Positions 6,064 through 15,303 of a stretch of DNA of 32,000 bases are shown one piece after another. The notes under the pieces are model-generated. The model was not told the DNA's origin. It was given only the letters and a program-made list of their open reading frames with translations, and ran no database searches. Numbering within the stretch: position 1 is the first letter of the stretch; each line of letters starts with the position of its first letter. A program made the position numbers and the translations under genes. The DNA comes from Flavobacteriaceae bacterium. Lineage in GTDB: Bacteria; Bacteroidota; Bacteroidia; Flavobacteriales; Flavobacteriaceae. Location: assembly GCA_965224465.1 (NCBI GenBank), contig OZ245049.1:3900001-3932000 (forward strand), given 5' to 3'.

Positions 6064-7098
6064 ATGAAATTATTATTTAATGAGTTAATTAGAGAAGTAG
6101 AAAGAGTTATAGATATAGCTCCTGTTTTTCTAATCTTTGTTGTCCTGCTTGTTTTTAGGAACTGGTACAATCGTTACAAAAAACACTCTTATAGAGATTT
6201 AAATGCACAACTAAACAATGTATTGGATAAATCACAAAAAGAAAACATTGACTATAAAGAGCAATTAAAAAAACATAAAATTATTAAAGGGAAACTTGTA
6301 AATAAGCAAGAGGAGGTTCTTGAATTAAAACAAAATATAGAAGAGTATAATCAGAAATTTCAAATTACTTTAAGTCAAAAAGAGGCAGAAATAGCAGAAC
6401 AAAAAGAAAAGAGAGGTCATCAAGAGGAAGCTTACAAACGTTATGTTAGTTTTAAAAATGTAGAAGCCAACAATTCGCGACTTGGGGCGCATTTTATAAA
6501 AAACGTAATTAGTCAGGTTCATGAAGATTTAGAAGACTTACAATCTGGGTACAAAACTTTTTTAGGTGTCCAGTTTAAAATGAGAAAAAACAAACAAAAG
6601 ATACTTCCTATTAGAGTATTAAAAAACATCTTTAAGCTTTTAGATTACAATGTTTCTGCTCTTAATAAAGAAAGTACTACTTTGAAAAACGAACTTAACC
6701 ACATCAGTTTATTTTTAGAACTGATTCAATATTTAAAGCCGAATACGAAAATTATACTGAACAATTCACTAAGTAAAAGTCAAAATAACTCATTAAGAAT
6801 TAAACCTACGTTGTTTTTTCCATTTATAGAAAATGCGTTAAAACACGGTAGCTTAAATGAAGAAAATTCTTTTATAAGCATAGAGTTAAAAGAAAATTCG
6901 GAAAGACAATTAAGCTATTGTTTGGTAAATAGTGCAGAACAAGCTTTATCCTCGCAAAATAAAGATTCAGAAACAACTAACTTCGGATTAAAAGCATTAA
7001 AAGAATTACTCAACGTCTATTATCCTAAAAGTAAACTAGAACACAAAATATTGTCAAATAATCAGTATTTATCTAAACTAACCTTAATCTTACATTAA
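6064..7098 (+). CDS. LytS/YehU-type sensor histidine kinase (single TM, long coiled coil, no recognisable sensor domain)
   Basis: H-box-like NSRLGAHFIKNVISQV and the PFIENALKHG motif typical of LytS-type kinases. The track ORF starts at TTG 6013. ATG 6064 (MKLLFNELIREV) is the more likely start. Confidence 0.75.
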   Translation: MKLLFNELIREVERVIDIAPVFLIFVVLLVFRNWYNRYKKHSYRDLNAQLNNVLDKSQKENIDYKEQLKKHKIIKGKLVNKQEEVLELKQNIEEYNQKFQITLSQKEAEIAEQKEKRGHQEEAYKRYVSFKNVEANNSRLGAHFIKNVISQVHEDLEDLQSGYKTFLGVQFKMRKNKQKILPIRVLKNIFKLLDYNVSALNKESTTLKNELNHISLFLELIQYLKPNTKIILNNSLSKSQNNSLRIKPTLFFPFIENALKHGSLNEENSFISIELKENSERQLSYCLVNSAEQALSSQNKDSETTNFGLKALKELLNVYYPKSKLEHKILSNNQYLSKLTLILH

Positions 7099-7854
7099 AT
7101 GATTCGCTATATAATTGTAGATGACGCCCCTCAAACTTTAGAAAAAGTTAAAGCAAAAATAGATACTATATCAAAAGATTATGATTTACTTCATATTGCT
7201 AGCTTTAATAGCTCTAAAAAAGCTTTTGAGGAAATTAAGAAAGAAGACTATGATTTATTAATAGTAGATTTTGAAATGCCTGTGTACAATGGAATCGAAT
7301 TAGCTCAAAAGGTAGCTTCTAATAAAAAAATTATTTTTTTAACCTCTACAATAGATAATGAAAAGTTGGTTATAAATAGCCTTGATATTTCTGGTTTCTT
7401 AAGTAAGCCTTTTGATATTGAAGAGTTTAAGGTTGTTTTGAAAAACAAGATTATTGGTAAGATAATTACTGAAATCACATATAACAAAAAGGACTTATTG
7501 ACTATTGGAATTGGTGTCACTCAGGATATAGGATTTTATCCTGATAAAACGTTTTACATTACTACTTCTAGAAATCAAAAAGGAAAGCAAGCTAAAAAAA
7601 ACTATGTTCATTTTATGGGTGAAAAAGACGAAGTTATTGTAGGAAATGTTAGAATTAGTATTAACGAACTATCTGAAAAATTAAAGCCTTATGGTTTTGT
7701 AAAAATTAACCAGAGTACCATTGTTAATTTATCCAAGATTGATAGGCGATATAACAAAGAGCTTACATTAATAGACTGTGGAGAAAAGTTTACCATTGGT
7801 GATCAAGAAAAATCAGGAATAATAATCAAAATACGTTCTTTATTAGGTGTCTGA
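7099..7854 (+). CDS. LytTR-family response regulator
   Basis: Receiver residues IIVDDAP, LLIVDFEMP, IIFLTS and LSKPF. C-terminal LytTR-like segment GFVKINQSTIVNLSKI. The ATG directly follows the kinase stop. Confidence 0.85.
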   Translation: MIRYIIVDDAPQTLEKVKAKIDTISKDYDLLHIASFNSSKKAFEEIKKEDYDLLIVDFEMPVYNGIELAQKVASNKKIIFLTSTIDNEKLVINSLDISGFLSKPFDIEEFKVVLKNKIIGKIITEITYNKKDLLTIGIGVTQDIGFYPDKTFYITTSRNQKGKQAKKNYVHFMGEKDEVIVGNVRISINELSEKLKPYGFVKINQSTIVNLSKIDRRYNKELTLIDCGEKFTIGDQEKSGIIIKIRSLLGV

Positions 7855-7915
7855 CGAAAAGTTGAATGCTTAAAAAATAATCTGTATAAGTTTTGGAGTG
7901 TCGATATTCAGTAGG

Positions 7916-7933
7916 TATTATTATTATTATTAT
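7916..7933. repeat. (TAT)6 microsatellite, intergenic
   Basis: tattattattattattat read directly from the sequence. Confidence 0.9.
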
Positions 7934-8290
7934 CCAGACGTATGTATCTAATAAGCGTCTTCCAAAGCCACAAAATAATGTTATGTGCAATAATATTGTG
8001 TAAATAGATTCTGTAGTTTATTTTGAAAGTAGAGGTGTGCTTGTTTTCGAATAAAGGCGTGTCTAGTTTACATAAATACGTGAGCAAGTAAAAATAGGAA
8101 CCTGTATTCTAGAAACCACCTTATATTTAACGCATGTTCATAAATAACACGAAAAACAACTCTAAAATGACTGTTTTGATTGTAAAACGAAGGGAAAAAA
8201 GAGAATTACGGGAATACCGTACTTTTTATTTAGAACATTTTTCGATCTTCGCAACAATAAGAAAATGGGAAATTTAGTGAAAAAGATTAT

Positions 8291-8326
8291 TAAAAAGAGA
8301 GGATTAAATAAATCCTCTCTTTTTTG
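8291..8326 (-). terminator. Hairpin terminator overlapping the response-regulator stop codon
   Basis: agagaggat / atcctctct stem flanked by A and T runs. The stop codon at 8304-8306 lies in the loop. Confidence 0.6.
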
Positions 8327-8966
8327 CTTCAAGCAATAATAGTTCACTGTCTCCTTCTATATTAAATGCTAATTTGATGTTTTTTTTACGCTTTTCTATG
8401 GCGCTTAATGACAAGTCAATATAGTTAACAAGATTTTTTGTTTTGATACCTTTAGAAAGATGGTGTAATATTTTCATGTCGTTTTTATCTAAAATACAAT
8501 CATTTTGAATGATGCTGTTTTTAAGTTTGTTAACAGTCTTACTATAGTATTTCTTATTGTTTAAAACTGTTTCAAAAGCAAGTCTTAGTATTTTAGCGGT
8601 CGTGTCACTTTTAATTAAAATACTATCATGCGGTATTTTTTTTATGATGTTGTGTAAACGATCTACACTGTCAATCATGGTTAAGATTATAATTTTTGCA
8701 TTTGGAAATTTTGTTTTAGCATAGTTAGCTAGATCTTCACCAGAGGTTAAGGTTCCGTCTTTTGATGCAGGTAATTGAATGTCTATAAAGAACATGTCAA
8801 ATCCGTCATTTAATGTGGCTTTTGTGATTTGCCGAATAGCTTGATCACAGTCTTTAGCCATAAGAATATGAAGGTTTAAATCTTTGTTATAGGATAAAAT
8901 CTTTTTATAACCTTCAATAATTGTGGGGTGATCGTCAATCATTAATATATTTATCGTATTTTTCAT
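8304..8966 (-). CDS. NarL/FixJ-type response regulator (REC + LuxR-type HTH)
   Basis: ILMIDDHP, FFIDIQLP and IIILT receiver motifs. C-terminal HTH LSKGIKTKNLVNYIDLSLSAIEKRKKNI. Confidence 0.85.
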   Translation of the reverse strand: MKNTINILMIDDHPTIIEGYKKILSYNKDLNLHILMAKDCDQAIRQITKATLNDGFDMFFIDIQLPASKDGTLTSGEDLANYAKTKFPNAKIIILTMIDSVDRLHNIIKKIPHDSILIKSDTTAKILRLAFETVLNNKKYYSKTVNKLKNSIIQNDCILDKNDMKILHHLSKGIKTKNLVNYIDLSLSAIEKRKKNIKLAFNIEGDSELLLLEAKKRGFI

Positions 8967-8980
8967 AATGCTACTTCAAT

Positions 8981-9015
8981 TCATTTATATCGGTCATTTT
9001 AGATTGTAATTGGTA
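8981..9015 (+). repeat. Solo right arm of the MITE-like repeat (copy H)
   Basis: tcatttatatcggtcattttagattgtaattggta matches the right arms of copies A and D. It spans the kinase stop codon (8999-9001). Confidence 0.7.
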
Positions 9016-11014
9016 TTTTAATGTGAATTTGTGTTCCTAGTTTAGTTTTTGAAATAAATTTGACATTTCCTTTTAAATCTTTTACTCGGGACTTTATATT
9101 TTTTATACCGATGCCTTTTTTTGTCTTTTTAATATTAAACCCAATGCCATCATCTTCGATATTAAATAGGATAAACCCGTTCTTTTCTGAAAAAAGGATG
9201 CGAACATTCGATGCTCTCGCATATTTGTTGATGTTTTGAATGGATTCTTGTAAAATTCTGTAACAATTAATTTTAATGGTATTCGATATTTTTTCTGAAT
9301 TTAAGTTTTCACTAAAACGCACGTCGTATTCAAAGTTAGTTATTTTACTTTGTTTTAATAATAATTGAAGGATGAGAGTTTGAAAACTCATGCTTTCATC
9401 GAATTTACTGGAGTATAGATCATGAGATATTTTACGAATATCTTCTTCTATTGATTGTAATTCTTCAATGCTCTTTTCTCGGTTTGCGATGTCTTTTTCT
9501 TCGTTACTTTCGTTTATAGCATCTAAGCTTAAACGGGTTCCAAAAAGTCTGCCTAAAATATCATCATGCAGTTCTTTAGAAAATCTCTTTTTTTCTTTTG
9601 AGCTACCTTCATTAAACATTTTTTGCTGAGATAACATTAAATTATAGATTTCTACGTTTGCCTTACCTTGTTCTTGAATATGTTCCAATTCTTTATTTCT
9701 TGATCTTTGTCTAAGGTAAATAAAGAAAAGAATACTGAAACTAGCTCCAACTATAGAAAACAAGATTACTTGCCATTTTTCTTTTTTTTCTATTTCTTTT
9801 TCTATAATTATTTCATCTGTTTGATAGGCGATTCTTGTAAATTTTTCTCGTATGATACGTTCTTGTTGCTGTAGGCTATCTGATAGTTTTATGTATTTTT
9901 CTAAGTGTCTTTGACCTTTTTTTCCTGGTTCAAGTTTAGATAATAGTAGGTAGGACTCTAGAAGTCCTTCATTATAATTTGATTCTTGTGAGATTTTTTT
10001 AGCTGTTAAAGCGTGGTTAATTGCTGTTAAAGTATCGGATTGACTAAGGTAATATTCGGATAAATGTTGATTGCTCATCACTTGTCCGTTTTTAAAATGT
10101 AAACTGTCTCTAATTTTTAAGGATTTAAAAAATAGTTCAGGGAGTTTATTTAGTTGCTCTAATTTAAAATAGGAGTATGCCAAATTGTCTAATAAATTGG
10201 CATACGTTTGAGGCCTATTACTAAGAAGACCTTTTATTTTTAATGCTTGGAGGTAATACGTAATGGATTCTTCATATTTTTCGCTTTTGTGATACACCCA
10301 TCCTATATTGTTGATGGAAATTGCCTCTAAATATTTTGTGTTTCCTGCTAACTTCAAATTTTTGATTGCTTTCAGGTTGTTTTCTATGGCGAGATTATAA
10401 CGACTTAATTTATTATAAACAACGCCTAAGTTATTGTAAGCTAGGTATAAGCTTCTGTATTGGTGGTTGTTTTTTAAAATTTCAATTGCTTTTATGGAAT
10501 TAATTTCACTGCCTGTGTAATCTTTTATGTTTTCTTGGATTATCGCTAGACTTAAGTAATTTCTTCCTACATCCTTTTGTTTATTTGCTTTTTTGTGAAG
10601 CCTTAAAGCTTTACTGTAAAAATAAAAAGAACTATCAGGTTTGTAACTTAGCTGATAATAATATCCGAGATTTTCATTTATTAAGGCATAACTTAGAGTG
10701 TCTTTTTTAATAGAAGAAACTTTTAATGCAATGAGGTTTAGTTTTTTGAACTTTTCTAAATCCCCTTTTATTAGGTAATCGTAGGCTGTTTTTAAAGCTG
10801 TATTTATTTTTAAAGAATCATTTTTAAAATTGGATATAAGTAATGTTGTTTTCTTTAGTACATCTATTTTTAAGGAGTCTCTTATAAAAGAAGTGTTTAA
10901 TTCTATGGTACCTGTAGCGGGTAGCGTGTGTTTGTCTGCAGCTGTTCTTGGAGTGCACTTTGCAGAGCAACACATGGAGAAAAAGAATAGAATTATTACA
11001 AAACGACGCGTCAT
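8999..11014 (-). CDS. TPR-repeat sensor histidine kinase (HisKA_3 + HATPase_c)
   Basis: N-terminal signal, TPR-like repeats, TM segment VILFSIVGASFSILFFIYL, H-box ELHDDILGRL and ATPase motifs NINKYA, EDDGIGF, KGIGIKNI. Confidence 0.85.
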   Translation of the reverse strand: MTRRFVIILFFFSMCCSAKCTPRTAADKHTLPATGTIELNTSFIRDSLKIDVLKKTTLLISNFKNDSLKINTALKTAYDYLIKGDLEKFKKLNLIALKVSSIKKDTLSYALINENLGYYYQLSYKPDSSFYFYSKALRLHKKANKQKDVGRNYLSLAIIQENIKDYTGSEINSIKAIEILKNNHQYRSLYLAYNNLGVVYNKLSRYNLAIENNLKAIKNLKLAGNTKYLEAISINNIGWVYHKSEKYEESITYYLQALKIKGLLSNRPQTYANLLDNLAYSYFKLEQLNKLPELFFKSLKIRDSLHFKNGQVMSNQHLSEYYLSQSDTLTAINHALTAKKISQESNYNEGLLESYLLLSKLEPGKKGQRHLEKYIKLSDSLQQQERIIREKFTRIAYQTDEIIIEKEIEKKEKWQVILFSIVGASFSILFFIYLRQRSRNKELEHIQEQGKANVEIYNLMLSQQKMFNEGSSKEKKRFSKELHDDILGRLFGTRLSLDAINESNEEKDIANREKSIEELQSIEEDIRKISHDLYSSKFDESMSFQTLILQLLLKQSKITNFEYDVRFSENLNSEKISNTIKINCYRILQESIQNINKYARASNVRILFSEKNGFILFNIEDDGIGFNIKKTKKGIGIKNIKSRVKDLKGNVKFISKTKLGTQIHIKIPITI

Positions 11015-11242
11015 TCAACTTTTATTTTAATCAAAGTAAATCAATTAAAATCAAATAGGTATTCTATTTCTCATAATAATAGTAAGCAAGTTTGTAAATA
11101 GTATCCTATTTGGAACACTACGGACTAAATTCTCAATGGATTGTTTGAGATTAATAGTTATTAGCATTGCGTATAGGCTGTTTTTTGTTTTAGTAATGAG
11201 TGAATAAAGATGGGTGTTTACCGAGATCGTACGGTTCTGAAA

Positions 11243-11400
11243 TACCAAATACATTTCCAAGTGACGGTTTAGAAATGGAATTATTTTTATTTTAGATAGG
11301 CGAAAAACGGAAGGATAATCTTAGATATTGTGCTGTTTTTCAACTGCGTTAGAACGTGAAATAAACTATTTATATCGCTCATTTTTAATTGTAATTGGTA
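11243..11400 (+). repeat. MITE-like repeat, full-length copy D (~158 bp)
   Basis: Collinear with copy A across left arm, core and right arm. Confidence 0.8.
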
Positions 11401-11404
11401 TTAC

Positions 11405-11441
11405 AATAAAACCCCCAAACAGCAGCTGGCTTTTTGGGGGG
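11405..11441 (-). terminator. Rho-independent terminator of the small lipoprotein gene
   Basis: cccccaaa / tttggggg stem followed by a U run on the minus-strand RNA. Confidence 0.65.
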
Positions 11442-11464
11442 CTCTAAAGATATGGTTTTATTTG

Positions 11465-11659
11465 TTATTTTTCAGCATTTTCATAACCTGGAGGAGGAGG
11501 AGGAGGAGGAGGAGGATTCTCTCCTCCTCCGGTATCATCCGCAAACAATTCTTGGCGTTGATATAATTGTAAATCTTCATCTGAATCTGTTTTTGTACAG
11601 GATGTAAAGAGTGCACTTAATAAGATAAGAGCAGCTATTATTTTTATAGGCTTTTTCAT
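11465..11659 (-). CDS. 64-aa lipoprotein with a Pro9 tract
   Basis: Signal peptide plus lipobox (LLSALFTSC). The mature part is acidic and ends NPPPPPPPPPGYENAEK. Confidence 0.7.
   Translation of the reverse strand: MKKPIKIIAALILLSALFTSCTKTDSDEDLQLYQRQELFADDTGGGENPPPPPPPPPGYENAEK
11490..11516. repeat. (GGA)9 trinucleotide microsatellite encoding the poly-proline tract
   Basis: 27 nt of perfect GGA repeats on the plus strand, read as CCT codons on the minus strand. Confidence 0.95.
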
Positions 11660-11986
11660 TTCATTGATTTAAAATTTGACAAAAGCCGTCCTACTCAATT
11701 AAAATTTGAGGTATGTTTTTTACATTAAGACGGTAAGAAACAATCAATGTGGGAAGACATTGATTTCAAATAGAATGAAGCGTAAACAAGCTTTCCCTTA
11801 CTGGAATTACGGTTTCATTCTATACTTTTTGAAGCTTCAATTTTCGATCGAAAAAAAAATTAATCAATTTTTATAATTCAAAATTAGTTGTAATTTGGCG
11901 GGTTTTATTACTTGGAAATTGGTTATTGGTAAGTGGAAAGGGGGCAGTAGGGAACTGTCCAATTTGAAGGGTGAATGGAGTCTTTT

Positions 11987-12757
11987 TTAGCCTAGAATTA
12001 TGATGTGATTTTCTATGGAACTGGTTTCTAAGAAATCCCTAATGGTATGCATTCTGAATTTTAAACTTTTAGAGAATGGTATGATTTGATTGGAGAATTT
12101 TAAAGTACATTGAAATTTACTAAAGTGAATTTTAGTTACGTATTGTACGTTTATCATGTAGCTTTTATGAATGCGTACAAATATATTTGGAAGTTCTGTT
12201 TCGAATTTTTTGAGGGTGCTACATGATGTAACCATAGATCCGTCTTTTAAAAAAAAATCAGTTGTATTGTTATCTGCTTTTAAATAGATAATGTCTACGG
12301 TTAATAAAAATCTATATTCCGTAAACGATTTTAAACAAATGGATTCTGTGGGTGGTTGATTCTTTTCAAATCTCAATAACGATTTCCTTAAGTCAAAGTT
12401 ATTTAAGGGTTTTAATAGATAATCAAAGACACCGTTTTTTATCGCTTTATAGGAGTGATCTGTGGAGTCACTTAGCATTATAAATAGGGGTAACGTTTCT
12501 ATGAATTGACGGAGTTCATGAATAATACTAAAAGAACACTGTTTTTTAGCTTCTTCTTTTTCTTCTGCTAACTCTGTGTTTAGAAATACTAAATGTGGAT
12601 TTTGATCAAGAATTAAATTGATTGCTTCTTCTTTGTTTCTTGCAATTCCAACACAGTTGTAGCTAGGGTGATTCTCAAATTGATATCTGAGTTTATTCAC
12701 ATCATCAATTTGCGGATCTACAATTATGTATTTGTATTTTCTAGCAGAAAAATTCAA
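11987..12757 (-). CDS. Orphan LytTR-family regulator with a degenerate receiver domain
   Basis: C-terminal LytTR-like region (FVRIHKSYMINVQYVTKI). The receiver has IIVDPQ instead of the DD pair and VFLNTEL where the phospho-acceptor Asp is expected. The start is a TTG at 12757 with no nearby ATG, so the start is uncertain. Confidence 0.7.
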   Translation of the reverse strand: MNFSARKYKYIIVDPQIDDVNKLRYQFENHPSYNCVGIARNKEEAINLILDQNPHLVFLNTELAEEKEEAKKQCSFSIIHELRQFIETLPLFIMLSDSTDHSYKAIKNGVFDYLLKPLNNFDLRKSLLRFEKNQPPTESICLKSFTEYRFLLTVDIIYLKADNNTTDFFLKDGSMVTSCSTLKKFETELPNIFVRIHKSYMINVQYVTKIHFSKFQCTLKFSNQIIPFSKSLKFRMHTIRDFLETSSIENHIIILG

Positions 12758-12966
12758 TTTATTTTAGCATGTTTTTGAATCTTAAAATTAGTAGTAATTG
12801 CAGTATGAATGCTACGGTAAAACCGTAGATGTTTAAGTTTTTATAAAGGGGAGAGCGTGGTTGTGGATTGTGTTTGGTTAATGGCTAAGGAGGTGCTCTT
12901 GTTTTGATTGTAAGGGTATGTGACGCCTTTAGATGCGTTTTTGTTAAGAGATGCTTAGTAACAATA

Positions 12967-13001
12967 AAAGCTCCTTAAAACGTTGTTTTAAGGAGCTTTT
13001 A
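12967..13001 (-). terminator. Hairpin terminator downstream of 13055..13609
   Basis: 12-bp stem aaaagctcctta / taaggagctttt. Confidence 0.65.
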
Positions 13002-13054
13002 TGATTTAAGAGTCAAGTTTTTGTAGCGTTTGATTCTTATTGTGATAGGTGGTA

Positions 13055-13609
13055 TTACGATTCTTTGGTCAATGTGTTTTCATCAATATGACTGAAAATT
13101 TTACCGTAAATATCTATCACAGTTTCTTGTGTATAGTGCAATGTATTGTCTTTGATTTTAAAAACTCTTTTAAATGATTTAGTCATGGCTTTTTTCTGCA
13201 TAAATGCGGATTGTACAATGCCTCCGTTTGAATCGTTTTTGTCTGTGAATACGCTTAGGGTTAGTTGATTGTCTGTTGATTCAAATTCCCCAGTAGCCAG
13301 TACGCAAACCCCTCTTGGGATTGAAAATGAGTTTAGGATGGTATTGTTGTTTTTGTCCCATATCCAGTGACCTGTTTCACTATGAGACACTTTATCATTT
13401 GATTTTTCTCTCACCACCTGGTTGTACTCAACAGCAATTAATTCCTGTTCTTCTGCATTTTCTATTGCAATATCAACGGGTTTAATTGTTAATGTTTCAT
13501 AATAGGGGTTGTTTTCATCTTCATTTGGTTTTGGAGCGAGGTCAATTCCTGTATTTCCTTTCCATGTACCTACTAATTTAGCTAAAGGATTTTCTTTTAA
13601 TTTGTTCAT
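13055..13609 (-). CDS. Nitrobindin / THAP4-like heme-binding beta-barrel (DUF1794-like) protein
   Basis: N-terminal LAKLVGTWKGNTGIDLAP resembles the family LxxLxGxWxGxG signature. The size (184 aa) fits. Assignment is from memory only. Confidence 0.5.
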   Translation of the reverse strand: MNKLKENPLAKLVGTWKGNTGIDLAPKPNEDENNPYYETLTIKPVDIAIENAEEQELIAVEYNQVVREKSNDKVSHSETGHWIWDKNNNTILNSFSIPRGVCVLATGEFESTDNQLTLSVFTDKNDSNGGIVQSAFMQKKAMTKSFKRVFKIKDNTLHYTQETVIDIYGKIFSHIDENTLTKES

Positions 13610-13750
13610 TGGTATTGTCTTATGGGATTTAATTGTCGAAGATTTGATCTTGTTGAATGTATGCCTTGTAAAGCATAAATTAACTCCATAAAATTAGTGT
13701 TTTTATGTGTTAGAATCATTCTTTTTTAATGCCTATAAGAAGGAAAGTTA

Positions 13751-13789
13751 TATCCATTAAATTTCCAAGTGTCGGTTTAGAAAGGAGTT
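13751..13789 (+). repeat. Degenerate solo left arm of the MITE-like repeat (copy F)
   Basis: tatccattaaatttccaagtgtcggtttagaaaggagtt. Confidence 0.55.
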
Positions 13790-14054
13790 GTTTTTCACAA
13801 TAGGTTGTGGTAAAGTGACAATGTAATGCGATAGTATAAGCTAAATTACTGTTAGATAGCTTTTTTATTAATTTCTTGAAGGATTTTTTATCTGGAAGGA
13901 AAAAGAGGGGGTGATTAGAGTTGTTGCTTTATTTTTTAATGATAAAGAAACGGGAAATTGGAAATGATCGGAGTTATTGGTTCGTATTTATTTTCTTGCC
14001 TGCTTTGACAAAAGAAACGAAGGTTAAAGATGTATTGGTTTTAGTTTAAGGCTT

Positions 14055-14939
14055 TTATAAGGTGATGGTTTCCCCCATTTTAATAGTGGTTTCCAGGCCT
14101 TTTTTAGTGTTTATGATAAGGTCTTCGCTAAAATGGATGCCTCCTTTGTTTTCGAAAAGAAGTACCAAGGTGGAACCTCCGAAAGAAAAGAATCCTTTCT
14201 CTTCTCCTTTTTGTATTGTCGTGTTATCTGTATAGGTTTGTGTAATTCTACCTACCATAGTTGCGCCTACTTCTGTGATTAAAATATCGCCTTGATCTGC
14301 TGTTTTAAGAGTGCTGTAGGCACGTTTGTTTTCACAAAAAATACGGAGACTTCTTTTTAAGGCAAATGGAGAAACCGAAAAATAATGCCCTTTTATTTCT
14401 GTAGAAGGTGAAATTATTCCCGAATATGGGAAATGAAATCGGTGATAGTCCGCAGGAGCAAGTCGAATAATTGCCATAGCACCATCTGCGTATTTTTGAG
14501 CAATATTTTTGTTTTGAGTAAAACTTACGAGGTTAAATTTTGTTCCTTTAATAAAGAAAGAGTCGACGTCTTTTATGGAAGGAAAAACTAGTATTTTACC
14601 ATCCGCAGGTGAAACAATATTTTTTTCTATTGTCCGTGCATTAGCGTTTAGTTTTCTGTAAAAGAAATCATTAAAAGATGTAAATTGGGCTAAGGTGTTT
14701 TTTCTACATTCTTGAATATTAACAGCGTTGACTCGTATAAATCTTTCTATTCGTTTGGTGGAATGTCTGCTATCCATATATTTCCCGCAGAGCACAGTTA
14801 CCATCTTTCGTTTCATCAAAAGGTGGAGTGTAGCTTTGCCAATAGAACCATTATAAAACCATTTTAAAAGTCCTTTTCCAGGGACAATCTCATGTTTAAG
14901 TTGATTCGTATTTCTTTCTATATAGTTGATTTTATCCAT
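14055..14939 (-). CDS. psd: Phosphatidylserine decarboxylase family protein
   Basis: The self-cleavage G-S-T motif in FSFGGSTLVLLFE near the C-terminus, plus PADYHRFHFP. Confidence 0.8.
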   Translation of the reverse strand: MDKINYIERNTNQLKHEIVPGKGLLKWFYNGSIGKATLHLLMKRKMVTVLCGKYMDSRHSTKRIERFIRVNAVNIQECRKNTLAQFTSFNDFFYRKLNANARTIEKNIVSPADGKILVFPSIKDVDSFFIKGTKFNLVSFTQNKNIAQKYADGAMAIIRLAPADYHRFHFPYSGIISPSTEIKGHYFSVSPFALKRSLRIFCENKRAYSTLKTADQGDILITEVGATMVGRITQTYTDNTTIQKGEEKGFFSFGGSTLVLLFENKGGIHFSEDLIINTKKGLETTIKMGETITL

Positions 14940-15303
14940 AAATTACGGTATTTACTTGCTAATCCATGGTTTATTACCAATTTTCTGTAACCGATGTTCA
15001 TTAGAAGGGGAAATTAATGCAAGGATACTAAATTTTTTCTTACGAGGAGGCTTCAAGTTGCATTTTACATTGTTTTTAGAACGTTTTATTTTAATTTTTC
15101 AAATTGTATTTGATGGATTTGGTTTGTATCTGAGGGTGAAAAGCAGGAAGTATTTAAGGGCGTATTTTTTAATCTGTGAGGTTTTTTTTATTCTCTTATT
15201 GAGGATTTTAAAATAAAAATTATATTCCGAAAGTATACCTCGTAGTCTCAAGGTAGGCTTATTGATTGTTTGTATCATAATTTAGCTGAGGTGATTTATA
15301 AAT

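Noticed and set aside
11051-11260. 69-aa ORF on the minus strand
   Set aside because: It overlaps the left arm of MITE-like copy D in otherwise intergenic sequence and has an implausible composition. Likely spurious.
14926-15216. 96-aa ORF on the plus strand, upstream and antisense of psd
   Set aside because: It overlaps the psd start, has a Leu/Ile/Phe-rich composition typical of random AT-rich frames, and shows no recognisable motif.
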